Shown here: in pieces, positions 29,401 through 39,762 of the stretch
How the letters are laid out: each line of letters opens with the position of its first letter
Numbering within the stretch: position 1 is the first letter of the stretch
Source: Longimicrobiales bacterium
GTDB lineage: Bacteria > Gemmatimonadota > Gemmatimonadetes > Longimicrobiales > Gaopeijiaceae
Reading direction: 5' to 3'
Assembly (NCBI GenBank): GCA_965238005.1
Contig: OZ250165.1
Location: forward strand, 3,584,001-3,648,000
Length of the DNA stretch: 64,000 bases
Translations under genes and position numbers: made by a program
The notes under the pieces: generated by a model
Database searches by the model: none
The model's input: the letters and a program-made list of their open reading frames with translations, nothing else
What the model was told of the DNA's origin: nothing

Positions 29401-32400
29401 CCTGCCCCACATGACCCGCACCGGCCCGGCGGCCGATGCGCCGACAGTGACGTCGGATCCGCAGCTATTGGCCGAGGCCATGCGGGCGAGCCAGGCGAGC
29501 CTCCAGGCTCTGGTGCGGCTGCAGGAACAGACGGCGGACGTGCACCGCAGTTTCCTCGAGTCCCAGGAGCGGACCATCCAGGCCATCGCCTGGCAGCAGG
29601 GATTGCTGCCCCCGGGGCAGATCGTCGAGGCGCTGGCTGTCGAGCCGACCGCGGCGCCGGCCCCCACACCCGGTGTGGCGGCCGCCCTGCTCTCGGTCGT
29701 GTCGGAGAAGACCGGGTATCCGGAGGAGATGCTCGAGCTGTCCATGGGCCTGGACGCGGACCTGGGCATCGACTCCATCAAGCGGGTAGAGATCCTGGCC
29801 GCTCTGCAAGAGCGGCTCCCGAACGCGCCGGTGGTGACACCGGAGCACCTGGGCGAGATCCAGACGCTCGCTCAGATCGTCGAGTTTCTGGGCGGTTCCG
29901 CCTCCGAGCCAGCCGCGCCCCCGCCGGTGCCCGACGGAGACGCAGCCGGGGAAGTCACCGCTGCCACCGGATCCGTTCCTACGGCCGAGTCGGCCACCTC
30001 CCCCATGGCATCGGCGCCTCAGGAACAGGCCGTCCACACGCCCACCAACGGCGCCGTCGATGCGCCGACCAACGGAAGCGTCGATGCCTCACGGATCTCT
30101 GAGGTCCTGCTGAGCGTCGTGGCGGACAAGACGGGATACCCCGTCGACATGCTCGACGTGTCCATGAACCTGGACGCGGACCTGGGGATCGACTCCATCA
30201 AGCGGGTCGAGATCCTGGCCGCTTTGCAGGAGGCGCTCCCCGAGGCCTCGGTGGTGGCTCCCGATCAGCTCGGCGAGCTCCGCACCCTGAGCCAGATCGT
30301 GGAGGTGCTCTCAAACGATACCGAGCCTGCGCCTGCCCCGGCGCCGGCTGTCCCGGACCAGTCCGCTCCCCCCGCCTCGGCGGGTGTCGAGCGCCTGGTC
30401 CCGACCCTGCACCCCATCGGTTCGACCGGAGAGCCCATCGGGCTCCCCGCCGGATCCAAAATCTGGGTGACCAAGAGCGGTGACGTCCTCTCGGGCCAGA
30501 TCGTCGAGGAGCTAAGCGCCCAGGGCTATTCTGCCGAAGAGGTGGAGCTGGCCGACGAGGTTCACAACCCGCCCGATGAACTGGCGGGCTTGATCGTGGT
30601 GGTGCCTCCCCGGGTCACCGACGAAGACATCCTAGTCGGATTCGGGCGTGTGCGGGCCATGGCCCCGGTCCTCCGTCGCGCGGCGCTGCAAGGCGGAGCC
30701 CTCCTGTGCAGCGTGACGTGTCTGGGTGGCGGCTTCGCCCTCGACGCGCCTCCCCCCGAGGATGTGGATCCGACGGGCGGAGCCTGGGGCGGAATGACCA
30801 AGACGGCCGCCGCCGAGTGGACGGACGTCCACTGCAGGAGCATCGACGTCGATCCGAACCGGATCGACCTCGCGTCAGAAGTGGTGAAGTACGCTCTCTC
30901 GGAGGGGCCGGTGGAGATCGGCCTGGGGAACGAAGGGCCCCAGACGGTGGTTCTCGAAGCACATCCAGTCGAGCCTGCGGCGCATGCGGCCCTGGGATCC
31001 GACGATGTCGTGCTGATCACCGGTGGAGCCCGTGGTGTAACGGCCGAAGTGGCCGTCGCTATGGCCGAAGCGGGACAGCCGCGCCTCATCCTCATGGGCC
31101 GCAGCCCCGAGCCGAGGGGTGAGCCCGACTGGCTCGTCGGCCTCGACGGGGAGGCGGAGATCAAGCGAGCCATCGTGGCCCAGGCGGGCCCAGGCCTCAG
31201 CCCCCAGGCGGCCCAGGCCGAGTTCAACCGCATCCAGGCCAGCCGGGAGATCCTGCGTAACCTTGCCCGCATCTCGGCGGCCGGATCGGAGGTCGTCTAC
31301 TGCTCCGTCGATGTCCGGGAGCCCGACGCCGTGCGAGCGTGTCTCGATCCACTGGTCGAGGAGTTCGGCCCGGTCACAGGACTCGTTCATGGAGCCGGTG
31401 TGCTGGCCGACCGCAACATCGAGGACAAGAGTGACGGGGACTTTGCCTTCGTCTACGACACCAAGGTGGGCGGGCTACGATCCGTGCTTGCCGCCCTGGG
31501 GGACGCGCCCCTGAAGACCATGGTGATGTTCTCCTCGTCGACGGCCCGCTTCGGGCGCCGTGGACAGGTGGACTACGCCGCAGCCAACGAGGTGCTCAAC
31601 AAGGTGGCGCAGGGCGAGGCCGCCCGCAGGGAAGGGTGCCGCGTGGTCTCGGTGAACTGGGGTCCCTGGGATGGCGGCATGGTGACGCCGGCACTGAAGA
31701 GCATGCTCTCGGCCGAGGGTATCGAGGTCATCGGGATGGAGAGCGGCGCGGCCTACGTCCTGGACGAGATCGCCTCCGATGGACCGACGGAGGTGCTCAT
31801 CCTCGGACCCGGTTCGCAGGTCCCCACTGCGGGACAGGGCCCGCCGGACGCGACGAACGGTGCCGGACCGGATGAGCTACCCGTGGTTTTCGAGCGGATC
31901 ATCACCACCGATACACACGAGTTCATGGCGTCCCACGTCCTGGACGGCCGGGCCGTGCTGCCCGCCACGATGACGCTGGAATGGCTCGCCCATGGCGCGC
32001 TCCACGGGAATCCGGGGCTGCGCTTCGTGGGTGTGGACGACTTCCGTGTGCTCAAGGGTGTGCTCGTGCAGCCCAAGGAGTCGTTCCAGGTACGGATATG
32101 TGCCGACGCGGCCCGCCAGCGGGGTGATGAGTTCGTTGTGACGGCGGAGCTCTGCAGCGGTGGTAGCAACGGCCGCAGGGTGCGCCACGCCCGGGCCCAG
32201 ATCGTCCTCGCGGTCCGTCAGCCGGATCCTGGGGCTCCCCACGCCCCGGCAGACCAGCCGGCATTGGGGAGGTCCATCGAGACCATCTATTCCGAGACGC
32301 TCTTCCACGGACCGGCCATGCGCGGGCTCGTGGAGGTCGAAAGCTGTGGAGACGCAGGTCTGGTGGCTCGCTGCCGGGTGGCACCACCGCCGAAGGACTG

Positions 32401-32746
32401 GATGAAGGAGCCCGTGCGCAGTCGGTGGATCGCCGATCCCTTGGTCCTCGACAGCGGCCTCCAAGCTATGATCGTCTGGACCTCGGACCGGGTAGGGGAG
32501 GCCTCGCTGCCTTCGCGGCTCACGCGCTACCGCCAGTTCGTGCCGACGTTCCCTTCGGACGGCGCGCGCATCGTCATCAACGTGCGTGACCGAACGAACA
32601 CGCGCGTCGTTTCGGACATCGACTGGGTGGGGGAAGACGGGCGCTTGCTGGCCCGGCTCGAAGGGTACGAGTCCGTCGTGGACTCCTCTCTGAGCAAGGC
32701 GTTCCGCCAGAACAGACTCGACGAGAGCGCGCCGAAGCAGGCGTAA
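26483..32746 (+). CDS. pfaA: PfaA-type iterative PKS/FAS: KS-AT-ACP-ACP-KR-DH
   Basis: KS DAACASS/EAHGTGT/GHTKAAAG; AT GHSYG and AFHS; two LGIDSIKRVEIL ACPs; KR TGGARGV and YAAAN; PKS-type DH HVLDGRAVLP. Confidence 0.94.
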   Translation: MSDRNKDRAAAQSPIAIVGIACVFPKAGGLHDYWANVRDGVDAITEIPESAWKTSEYYDADPKAPDMTYGRRGGFIDPIDFEPMAFGISPRDLEATDTTQLLGLHVARQALQDAGYGPDGREFDREKTSVILGVSGTLPLVIPLGARLGHPIWRKALKDAGVDPETTEDVIERIGEGYVPWQESSFPGLLANVVAGRIANRLDLHGTNCIVDAACASSLSAVHLAALELESGRADMVLSGGLDTFNDIFMYMCFSKTPALSATGNARPFDDQADGTMLGEGVGVLVLKRLGDAERDGDRIYAVIKGIGSSSDGKGQAVYAPAPEGQARALRAAYENAGILPDTVELAEAHGTGTRVGDATEVKGLTTVYREASPEGTWCALGSVKSMIGHTKAAAGAAGLIKTAMALHHKTLPPTIKVESPNEAVAPGETPFYVNTEKRPWLPKSGHPRRAGVSAFGFGGSNFHCVVEEYGSKATEVDWDGRDQLIAFSADDREALAAQLEQFQAEGDWADIRGRVAESRARFDASKEVRLLLVAERDGTPVCDLIGMALSQLKDERSSWAMPQGIYFGSGAAKGKWAACFPGQGAQYVGMLRELACRFPAAADTLAAADEVTPGLADRIYPHPAFDYATRSQQEDELRATNTAQPAIGAVGLGALRVLKQFGLSPDATCGHSYGELVALCAAGRLRPMELYQLSRRRGELMATGDGDHGSMLAVAAELEWVKQFLRTHDLDLVVANHNAPEQAVLSGVTYEIERAQDLLSREGVRVKRLAVAAAFHSSLVAQAGAPFAESLTSIELTGSDVTVYANATGAAYPERSTDARELLASQLTSPVEFVACVRSMFEDGVRTFVEVGPGRRLSALIDEILAGEDITTVALDASSGRRAGLVDLARTLAQLAADGHAVALDRWDDGALDAWRRRIARGKPTMTVPISGVNYVEPRPKRPPKAATPAPAATTPAASTSTTPAASTPAVSLPHMTRTGPAADAPTVTSDPQLLAEAMRASQASLQALVRLQEQTADVHRSFLESQERTIQAIAWQQGLLPPGQIVEALAVEPTAAPAPTPGVAAALLSVVSEKTGYPEEMLELSMGLDADLGIDSIKRVEILAALQERLPNAPVVTPEHLGEIQTLAQIVEFLGGSASEPAAPPPVPDGDAAGEVTAATGSVPTAESATSPMASAPQEQAVHTPTNGAVDAPTNGSVDASRISEVLLSVVADKTGYPVDMLDVSMNLDADLGIDSIKRVEILAALQEALPEASVVAPDQLGELRTLSQIVEVLSNDTEPAPAPAPAVPDQSAPPASAGVERLVPTLHPIGSTGEPIGLPAGSKIWVTKSGDVLSGQIVEELSAQGYSAEEVELADEVHNPPDELAGLIVVVPPRVTDEDILVGFGRVRAMAPVLRRAALQGGALLCSVTCLGGGFALDAPPPEDVDPTGGAWGGMTKTAAAEWTDVHCRSIDVDPNRIDLASEVVKYALSEGPVEIGLGNEGPQTVVLEAHPVEPAAHAALGSDDVVLITGGARGVTAEVAVAMAEAGQPRLILMGRSPEPRGEPDWLVGLDGEAEIKRAIVAQAGPGLSPQAAQAEFNRIQASREILRNLARISAAGSEVVYCSVDVREPDAVRACLDPLVEEFGPVTGLVHGAGVLADRNIEDKSDGDFAFVYDTKVGGLRSVLAALGDAPLKTMVMFSSSTARFGRRGQVDYAAANEVLNKVAQGEAARREGCRVVSVNWGPWDGGMVTPALKSMLSAEGIEVIGMESGAAYVLDEIASDGPTEVLILGPGSQVPTAGQGPPDATNGAGPDELPVVFERIITTDTHEFMASHVLDGRAVLPATMTLEWLAHGALHGNPGLRFVGVDDFRVLKGVLVQPKESFQVRICADAARQRGDEFVVTAELCSGGSNGRRVRHARAQIVLAVRQPDPGAPHAPADQPALGRSIETIYSETLFHGPAMRGLVEVESCGDAGLVARCRVAPPPKDWMKEPVRSRWIADPLVLDSGLQAMIVWTSDRVGEASLPSRLTRYRQFVPTFPSDGARIVINVRDRTNTRVVSDIDWVGEDGRLLARLEGYESVVDSSLSKAFRQNRLDESAPKQA

Positions 32747-32751
32747 CGGCT

Positions 32752-35700
32752 ATGTCCTCACCCGAGCCGATCGCAATCGTCGGCCTCGGCGGGGTGCTCC
32801 CCGGTGCCGCTACACCCGATGACTTCTGGCGCGTCGTCGAGGCCGGCATCGACACCGCCTCCGAGCCACCCCTGGGCCGCTGGCACCTGGATGTGGAGCA
32901 GGCGTACGATTCCGAGCACGCCCGGGCGGATCACGTCTACTCCCGGCGGGCCTGCTTCGTTAGAGACTTCGAGCTGGATCCGACCGGCCTGTATCTGCCA
33001 GCGGAGCTTGTCGACGCCCTCGATCCCATGGTCCACCTGGCGCTGCACGCCGGCAGGCAGGCGTGGCACGACGCCGTCACCGATCCGGTCGATCCCGGAC
33101 GCGTGGGTGTCATGCTCGGCAACATCGTCCTCCCCACGGTGTCGGCTTCGGCCATGGCCGACTGGATCCTGGGGCGTCGCTTCGAGCGCGAGCTCTTCCG
33201 GGCGGCCGGCGTACCCATGCCCATGGAGGATCGGGCCCCGGTCGGGGCGATCAACCGCTGGGTCGCCGGGCTTCCCGCCGCCATGCTGGCAAGGGCCCTG
33301 GGCCTCGGTGGGGAGCGGTTCTGCCTGGACGCGGCGTGCTCCTCGTCCCTCTTCGCCCTGGAGCTCGCCGTCGACGCCCTCCGGAGTGGCCGCCTCGACG
33401 CCGTCCTCGCCGGCGGACTGTCCCGGCCCGACTCCCTGTACACCCAGATGGGATTCTCCCAGCTCCTGGCCGTCTCACCCACAGGCCGCTGCTCTCCCTT
33501 CGATCACAAGGCTGACGGCTTGGTGGTGGGCGAGGGCGCCGGAGTTCTGGTAGTGAAGCGCCTCTCCGACGCACTGGAGCATGGAGATCGGATCCGAGCC
33601 GTCGTGAGGAGCGTAGGCCTCTCCAACGACGTGGAGGGCAGCCTCCTGGCCCCCAGCCAGGAGGGACAGCTGCGGGCCATGCGAGGCGCTTACGGAGCGG
33701 CCGGTTGGCGCCCGAGCGACGTGGATCTGGTGGAGTGTCACGCCACGGGCACGCCGGTGGGTGACGCCGTGGAGTTCGCGAGCCTGCAGGCGCTCTGGGC
33801 CGATGAGGACGCCCCCGAAGCGAGCTGCGTCATCGGTTCGGCCAAGTCCAACACCGGCCACCTGCTGACCGGGGCCGGAGCCGTCGGGCTTCTCAAGACC
33901 GTGTTGGCCATGGAGCATCGGGTTCTGCCCCCGACAGCCAACTTCGAGGAGCCGGGGGACAAGGTCGACCTCGCCCGGAGCCCGTTCCGAGTGCTGCGAG
34001 GGGCAGAGCCCTGGGAGGCCCCGTCGAGTCACCCGCGTCGTACGGCGGTGAGCGGCTTCGGCTTCGGGGGGACCAACGCCCACGTGCTTCTGGAGGAGTT
34101 CGGGGAGCCCTCGGCCGGGCGTGCCACAGTCGCCGTTCCGGAGCTGCCCGCGCCCGAGGGAATCGCCATCGTGGGCATGGGCGCCCGTATCGGCCCGTGG
34201 CAGGATCTGGAGTCCGTCCAGCGGCGGATACTGGGCCGCGGGGATGATCATCCGGTTCGCGCCAAGGAGAACCACTGGGGGGTGCCGGACCCTCCGCTGG
34301 GGTGGTTCGTCGAGGAGCTCGAGATTCCCTTCGGCCGCTTCAAGATCCCGCCAAAGGAGATCGAGGAGGCTCTCCCCCAGCAGATTCTCATGCTCCAGGT
34401 GGCCGAGCGCGCCATCGTGGACGCCGCCCTGGACGATGTCGAGCGCCTTCGCACAGGTGTGTTCGTGGGGGTCGAACTCGATCTCAACACGACCAACTAC
34501 CACCTGCGATGGGCCGTGCGATCCCGGGCCGCGGATTGGGCCCGGAGGCTGGAGCGTCCGACCCAAGGAGCAGAGTTCCAGAACTGGGTGGACGAGCTCT
34601 GCGATTCCCTCACGCCCGCGCTCAACGCCAACCGCACCATCGGCGGTCTCGGCTCCATCGTGGCAAGCCGGGTCGCCCGGGAGTTCGGCCTCGGCGGTCC
34701 GAGCTACGTCCTCGCCAGCGAAGAGACCTCCGGCATGTCGGCCCTCCAGGCAGCGATCCGAGCGCTCCAGACCAGACGACTCGACTGTGCCGTCGTGGGG
34801 GCCGTCGACCTGTCCGGAGACGTCCGCGCCCTGCTCTCTCTGGCCAGTACGGATGGCGTGGCGGGTGACGGCGTTCCGCGCCCCTTCGACGGAGAGTCCC
34901 AAGGCGTGGTACCCAGCGACGGCGCGGTCGCTCTCGTGCTGAGGCGGGAAGACGAGGCCCGACAGGAGGGTGATCGTATCTACGCGGTTGTCCGGGGCGT
35001 AGGAAGCGCGGGCGGAGACCTGGCGGACGCGAGCGCCGAAGCCATCCGCCGGAGCTGCCGGGAAGCCCGTGTCGACCCCGATGACGTTCCTTACGTGGAG
35101 GGCCACGGCGGCGGGGTGCCGAAGGAGGACCGATCGGAAGCCCGAGCGCTGACAGAGGTCTTCGGAGCCGACACCATCCTCGGATGCACCAAAGCCCGCG
35201 TTGGTCACACGGGAGCTGCGGCGGGGCTCGTCTCGGTCCTCGGGGCCAGCCTGGCGCTCTACCAGCAGGTGCTACCCGGGGCCAACCGACGCGACCGAGC
35301 CATGCCTGGAGACGGCTCTGCGGCCGGGCCTGCGCGTGTTCCCGAATCGGACACGGGCCTGATTCCGCTGGCCGACTCCCGTCCGTGGGTCCGCGATCGA
35401 ACCGACGGTCCGCGGCGGGCCGGCGTTCTGGCGGTATCTCGAGGCGGATCCTGCTCACACGTAGTGTTGGAGGGACTGGACGAATCGGCGCGTGAGGAAG
35501 AGCGATCGAGTCCCCTGGGCCCCTTGCACGAAGGGCTCTTCGTGGTGGAAGGCGACGACGACGAGGCTGTGGCCGCCGGCCTGAGACGCCTCGCCGACTT
35601 CGCCGCGGCTACGCGGTCGGCTCCGGTGCACGCCCTGGCGCGACGCTGGTGGCAGGAACAGCCCCTGCGGCCGGGCGCCGCCCGGGCCATCGCCCTGGTC

Positions 35701-38700
35701 GTCCGTGATGCCGGCGAGGTTGAGAGCCTCGCCCGGTCCGCGGCCGACCAGATCGAGGCGGGTGCCGACCCGTCGGATCGGAGCGCCGGCCGGGTCTTCT
35801 TCTCGCGAGAGCCCCTGGGACCCGAGGGTCAGCTCGCCTTCGTATATCCCGGCTCGGGGAGTCAGTTCACCGGAATGGGCCGGGAGCTCTGCCTCCAGTG
35901 GCCGGAGAGCCTGCGAGCGCGGGAGGGGAGCAGCGAGAAGCTGAGCTCCCAGTTGAGGACGCCGGAGATCTGGCGGACCGGCCCCACCCCCACCGATGCC
36001 CGTACGGTGCTCCTCTCCCAGGTGGCGCTGGGCACCCTGGCCACGGACCTCATGTCCCGTTTCGGCGTGCGCCCCGACGCGGTGGTCGGTTACTCGTTGG
36101 GAGAGACGGCGGGGCTGTTCTCCACGGGAGCTTGGCACGAGCGGGACGAGATGCTTCGCAGAACCACCGAGAGCGATCTCTTCGTGACCCAGCTCGCGGG
36201 CCCCTGCACCGCCGCCCGCGCCGCCTGGAATCTCGACGAGGATGCTCCGTTGGAGTGGCGGGTCGGGGTGGTCGACCAGCCCGCCGACAAGGTGAGAGAG
36301 GTCCTGGAGGGGCGAGAGCGGGTCTACCTGCTCATCGTGAATACTCCCGGCGAGTGCGTCATTGGTGGCGACGCAGACGCGGTGGATGAAGCCGTCCAGG
36401 CCTTGGGCTCGGCGTTCCATGCGCTCCAGGGTGTCACCACCGTGCACTGTGAGGTCGCCCGCGAGGTGGAGAAGGCTTACCGCGACCTGCACCTGCTCGA
36501 TACCCGCCCACCGGAGGGTATGCGCTTCTACAGCGGGGCCTGGGGAGAGTCCTACGACGTGGACCGGGAGCGGGCTGCCGACTCCCTCCTTGCCCAGGCG
36601 CTCCACGGAGTGGACTTCCCCAAGACTGTACGCCAGGCCTACGAGGACGGCGTACGCATCTTCCTGGAGATGGGGCCAGGAGCGTCGTGCACGCGCATGG
36701 TTTCGAGAATCCTCGACGGTCTCCCCTTCAGGGCGCGCTCCATCTCCTCGCCGACGCAGGACGAGCCGGACGCCGTCCTCAGGGCCCTTGCCATGCTCGT
36801 GGTCGAGCGAGTGGAGGTCGATCTCACGCTCCTCTATCCCGGCGTCGTCGAGCCCGAGGGCGAGTCGGGACCGGCCATCCGGGTTCCCATCGGCCAGGTG
36901 GGCTTTGGAGCGATGCCCGTGGGAACCGTGGCGGCGGAGCCCGTCGGAACCGTGGCGGCGGAGCCCGGCGGAACCCTACCGAGCGCTGAGCCCCACGCGT
37001 CTCTCCCCACGGAGCTCCCCCCGGGTCTGGCGGTCGCCGTGCGGGCCGCCCAGAAGACGGTGGAGGCCCACGAGGCTTTTCTCCGCTCGGCCGAGCACAC
37101 CCGGCAGCTGGCAGCGGCCCAGCTGGCGCATCAGCAAGACTTGATGCACGCCTTGGCCAGCGGGGGCGCAGCACCCTTGATCCCGGATCTGGGCGCTGCC
37201 GTAGCGGCAGTGGAGTCTGCACCGCCGCCCACCGCCTCTCCCCCGGTACCACCCGAGACGACCCGCGACGCCCCCGCTCCGGTGCGCTCCATCACCCTGG
37301 ACCGCGACCAGCTAATGGAGTTCGCCGTCGGCTCCATCGGAGATGTGCTGGGTGAGCGCTTCGCCCACGTGGACAGCCACTCGACCCGCGTGCGATTGCC
37401 CGACGAGCCGCTCATGCTCGTCGACCGCGTCATGACCATCGAGGCCGAGCCCCAGTCCATGACCTCGGGGCGGATCGTGACGGAGCACGACGTGCTCGAG
37501 GGCGCCTGGTACCTGGACGGGGGACGCATCCCTACGTGCGTCGCTGTCGAAGCAGGGCAGGCCGACCTGCTCCTCTCGGGCTACCTGGGCATCGACTCCG
37601 AGACGAAGGGCCTGGCAGTGTACCGGCTCCTGGACGCCGTGGTGACCTTCCACGGAGAGCTGACACGGCCGGGTCAGGTTATCGTCTACGACATCCGAAT
37701 CCTCCGGTTCTTCCGGCAGGGCGACACCTGGCTGTTCCGCTTCCAGTTCGACGCCACGGTCGACGGGCGCCCGCTCATGACCATGCGGGAGGGCTCAGCA
37801 GGCTTCTTCACGCAAGGAGAGCTCGATGCCGGGAAGGGCATCGTGTTGACCGGCATGGAGCAGCGGGCCATGCCCGGCCGGCGGCCCGACGACTGGCGGG
37901 AGCTGGTCCCCATGCGCAAGGAGTCCTACGACGCAGAACAGGTCGAGGCGCTCCGGCGTGGTGACCTGGCCGGCGCGTTCGGTGAGGAGTTCGCCGGACT
38001 CGGCGTGACCCGTCCGCTCACGATCCCCGGAGACCGCATGCGGCTGGTTCACCGGGTCACGGAGCTCGACCCCGAGGGCGGACGCTACGGCATCGGGAGC
38101 ATCGTGGCGGAAGCCGACATCCATCCTGACGACTGGTTCCTCACCTGCCACTTCGTCGACGACGAGGTGATGCCGGGCACGCTGATGTACGAGTGCTGCC
38201 TGCACACGCTGCGGATCTTCCTCCTTCGCATGGGCTGGATCGCCGAGGATGGAGCCGCAACATGGCAGCCTATCGTCGACGTGAAGAGCCGGCTCAGATG
38301 CCGGGGCCAGGTGCTGGCCTCTACGGAGATGGTCACCTACGAGATCAACCTCCAGGAGCTCGGCTACGACCCCGAGCCCCACGCCATCGTGGACGCCATG
38401 ATGTACGCCGACGGCAAGCTTATTGTGGACATCCGCGACATGTCCGTCCGGCTGACCGGCGCGAACCGGGCTCAACTGGAGTCTCTTTGGGCGAACCGAG
38501 GCGCCGGCGCTTCCCCCGACCTGACACCGAAGAGCACGGCAGCGACGCATGCGAGGACGGAGGCCGCTGACGCCGCCTCCGCAGAGTCGCTGGCCCCCGG
38601 GAGCGCTCCCTCCGAGATCACCGTCGTCGAGTCGCCCGGCGGCGCCCCCAAGGTCGTGGCTCTCTATCGGGACCCGTCGGTCCCGTACGACAAGGCGAGC

Positions 38701-39762
38701 ATCCTGGCCTTCAGCAGCGGCAAGCCGTCGGAGGCGTTCGGCGAGGTCTACAGCTCCTTCGACAGTGGTCCGCGGCGCATCGCCCGGCTTCCGCGTCCCC
38801 CGTACCAGTGCATCGATCGTGTTACGTCGGTGGAGGGGGAGCCCTTCGTCATGAAGGCGGGGGCCAAAGCCACGGCTCAGTTCGACGTCACAGCCGACCA
38901 CTGGTACTTCGCGAGCAACCGCCAAGGCGAGATGCCCTTCGCCGTGCTCCTGGAGGTGGCGCTCCAGCCCTGCGGGTGGCTGGCGGGATACGTGGGGTCG
39001 GCTCTGGCCTCCAACACGGACGTGCGCTTCCGTAACCTGGGGGGCGAGGCCGTGCAGCTGGCCAGGATGACCGCCGGCACAGACGTGATCACCACCCAGG
39101 TGGAGCTCACCAGCGTCTCCTTGTCAGGGGGGATGATCATCCAGCACTACTCCATGTCGCTGGCCGCCGATCGTCGGGGGCCACTGTACGAGGGGACCAC
39201 CTACTTCGGCTTCTTCTCGGACCAGGCCCTGGCTGATCAGGTCGGCATGCGCGACGCCGTCATCCATGATCCCCCGTCTGCGGAGCGCCAGCGTGGGCTG
39301 AGCTTCCCGCTCCCAGGCGAGCGGCCATTCCCCGACGAGCACTTCCGTATGGTGGACCGGATCGATCTCCTGGTGCCCGACGGCGGCCCGAACGGTCTCG
39401 GATGGATCGAAGGATCCATCGACGTCGATCCGGGTGCCTGGTTCTTCGAGGCCCACTTCTACCAGGATCCCGTGTGGCCCGGCTCCCTCGGCCTGGAGGC
39501 GTTCGTACAGCTGCTCAAGGCGTACGCCGCCAAGCGCTGGCGTCTCGGTGAGGCGGCCGAGTTCCGTACGCCCCCCAGTGACAACCGCCATCGATGGAGC
39601 TACCGGGGCCAGATCGTCCCGGGTTGCCGGCGCGTGCAGGTGTGCGCCAGCATCACTGCAGTGAACGACGACCGGCGAACCCTCATGGCCGACGGATTCC
39701 TTTCGGTGGACGGCAGGACCATCTATTCGATGAACGATTTCAGCCTGGAGGCGCGCGAGTGA
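32752..39762 (+). CDS. pfaBC: PfaBC-type protein: KS-CLF-AT plus FabA-like DH'/DH domains
   Basis: KS DAACSSS/ECHATGT/GHLLT; second KS lacks the Cys (ASEETS); AT GYSLG; FabA-type CHFVDDEVMPGTLMYE and AHFYQDPVWPGSLGLE plus two pseudo-DH domains. Confidence 0.92.
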   Translation: MSSPEPIAIVGLGGVLPGAATPDDFWRVVEAGIDTASEPPLGRWHLDVEQAYDSEHARADHVYSRRACFVRDFELDPTGLYLPAELVDALDPMVHLALHAGRQAWHDAVTDPVDPGRVGVMLGNIVLPTVSASAMADWILGRRFERELFRAAGVPMPMEDRAPVGAINRWVAGLPAAMLARALGLGGERFCLDAACSSSLFALELAVDALRSGRLDAVLAGGLSRPDSLYTQMGFSQLLAVSPTGRCSPFDHKADGLVVGEGAGVLVVKRLSDALEHGDRIRAVVRSVGLSNDVEGSLLAPSQEGQLRAMRGAYGAAGWRPSDVDLVECHATGTPVGDAVEFASLQALWADEDAPEASCVIGSAKSNTGHLLTGAGAVGLLKTVLAMEHRVLPPTANFEEPGDKVDLARSPFRVLRGAEPWEAPSSHPRRTAVSGFGFGGTNAHVLLEEFGEPSAGRATVAVPELPAPEGIAIVGMGARIGPWQDLESVQRRILGRGDDHPVRAKENHWGVPDPPLGWFVEELEIPFGRFKIPPKEIEEALPQQILMLQVAERAIVDAALDDVERLRTGVFVGVELDLNTTNYHLRWAVRSRAADWARRLERPTQGAEFQNWVDELCDSLTPALNANRTIGGLGSIVASRVAREFGLGGPSYVLASEETSGMSALQAAIRALQTRRLDCAVVGAVDLSGDVRALLSLASTDGVAGDGVPRPFDGESQGVVPSDGAVALVLRREDEARQEGDRIYAVVRGVGSAGGDLADASAEAIRRSCREARVDPDDVPYVEGHGGGVPKEDRSEARALTEVFGADTILGCTKARVGHTGAAAGLVSVLGASLALYQQVLPGANRRDRAMPGDGSAAGPARVPESDTGLIPLADSRPWVRDRTDGPRRAGVLAVSRGGSCSHVVLEGLDESAREEERSSPLGPLHEGLFVVEGDDDEAVAAGLRRLADFAAATRSAPVHALARRWWQEQPLRPGAARAIALVVRDAGEVESLARSAADQIEAGADPSDRSAGRVFFSREPLGPEGQLAFVYPGSGSQFTGMGRELCLQWPESLRAREGSSEKLSSQLRTPEIWRTGPTPTDARTVLLSQVALGTLATDLMSRFGVRPDAVVGYSLGETAGLFSTGAWHERDEMLRRTTESDLFVTQLAGPCTAARAAWNLDEDAPLEWRVGVVDQPADKVREVLEGRERVYLLIVNTPGECVIGGDADAVDEAVQALGSAFHALQGVTTVHCEVAREVEKAYRDLHLLDTRPPEGMRFYSGAWGESYDVDRERAADSLLAQALHGVDFPKTVRQAYEDGVRIFLEMGPGASCTRMVSRILDGLPFRARSISSPTQDEPDAVLRALAMLVVERVEVDLTLLYPGVVEPEGESGPAIRVPIGQVGFGAMPVGTVAAEPVGTVAAEPGGTLPSAEPHASLPTELPPGLAVAVRAAQKTVEAHEAFLRSAEHTRQLAAAQLAHQQDLMHALASGGAAPLIPDLGAAVAAVESAPPPTASPPVPPETTRDAPAPVRSITLDRDQLMEFAVGSIGDVLGERFAHVDSHSTRVRLPDEPLMLVDRVMTIEAEPQSMTSGRIVTEHDVLEGAWYLDGGRIPTCVAVEAGQADLLLSGYLGIDSETKGLAVYRLLDAVVTFHGELTRPGQVIVYDIRILRFFRQGDTWLFRFQFDATVDGRPLMTMREGSAGFFTQGELDAGKGIVLTGMEQRAMPGRRPDDWRELVPMRKESYDAEQVEALRRGDLAGAFGEEFAGLGVTRPLTIPGDRMRLVHRVTELDPEGGRYGIGSIVAEADIHPDDWFLTCHFVDDEVMPGTLMYECCLHTLRIFLLRMGWIAEDGAATWQPIVDVKSRLRCRGQVLASTEMVTYEINLQELGYDPEPHAIVDAMMYADGKLIVDIRDMSVRLTGANRAQLESLWANRGAGASPDLTPKSTAATHARTEAADAASAESLAPGSAPSEITVVESPGGAPKVVALYRDPSVPYDKASILAFSSGKPSEAFGEVYSSFDSGPRRIARLPRPPYQCIDRVTSVEGEPFVMKAGAKATAQFDVTADHWYFASNRQGEMPFAVLLEVALQPCGWLAGYVGSALASNTDVRFRNLGGEAVQLARMTAGTDVITTQVELTSVSLSGGMIIQHYSMSLAADRRGPLYEGTTYFGFFSDQALADQVGMRDAVIHDPPSAERQRGLSFPLPGERPFPDEHFRMVDRIDLLVPDGGPNGLGWIEGSIDVDPGAWFFEAHFYQDPVWPGSLGLEAFVQLLKAYAAKRWRLGEAAEFRTPPSDNRHRWSYRGQIVPGCRRVQVCASITAVNDDRRTLMADGFLSVDGRTIYSMNDFSLEARE

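Noticed and set aside
33475..35208. 577-aa antisense ORF within pfaBC (similarly 51491..53044 and 53438..55276)
   Set aside because: Mirror frames of well-supported genes produced by GC3 bias.
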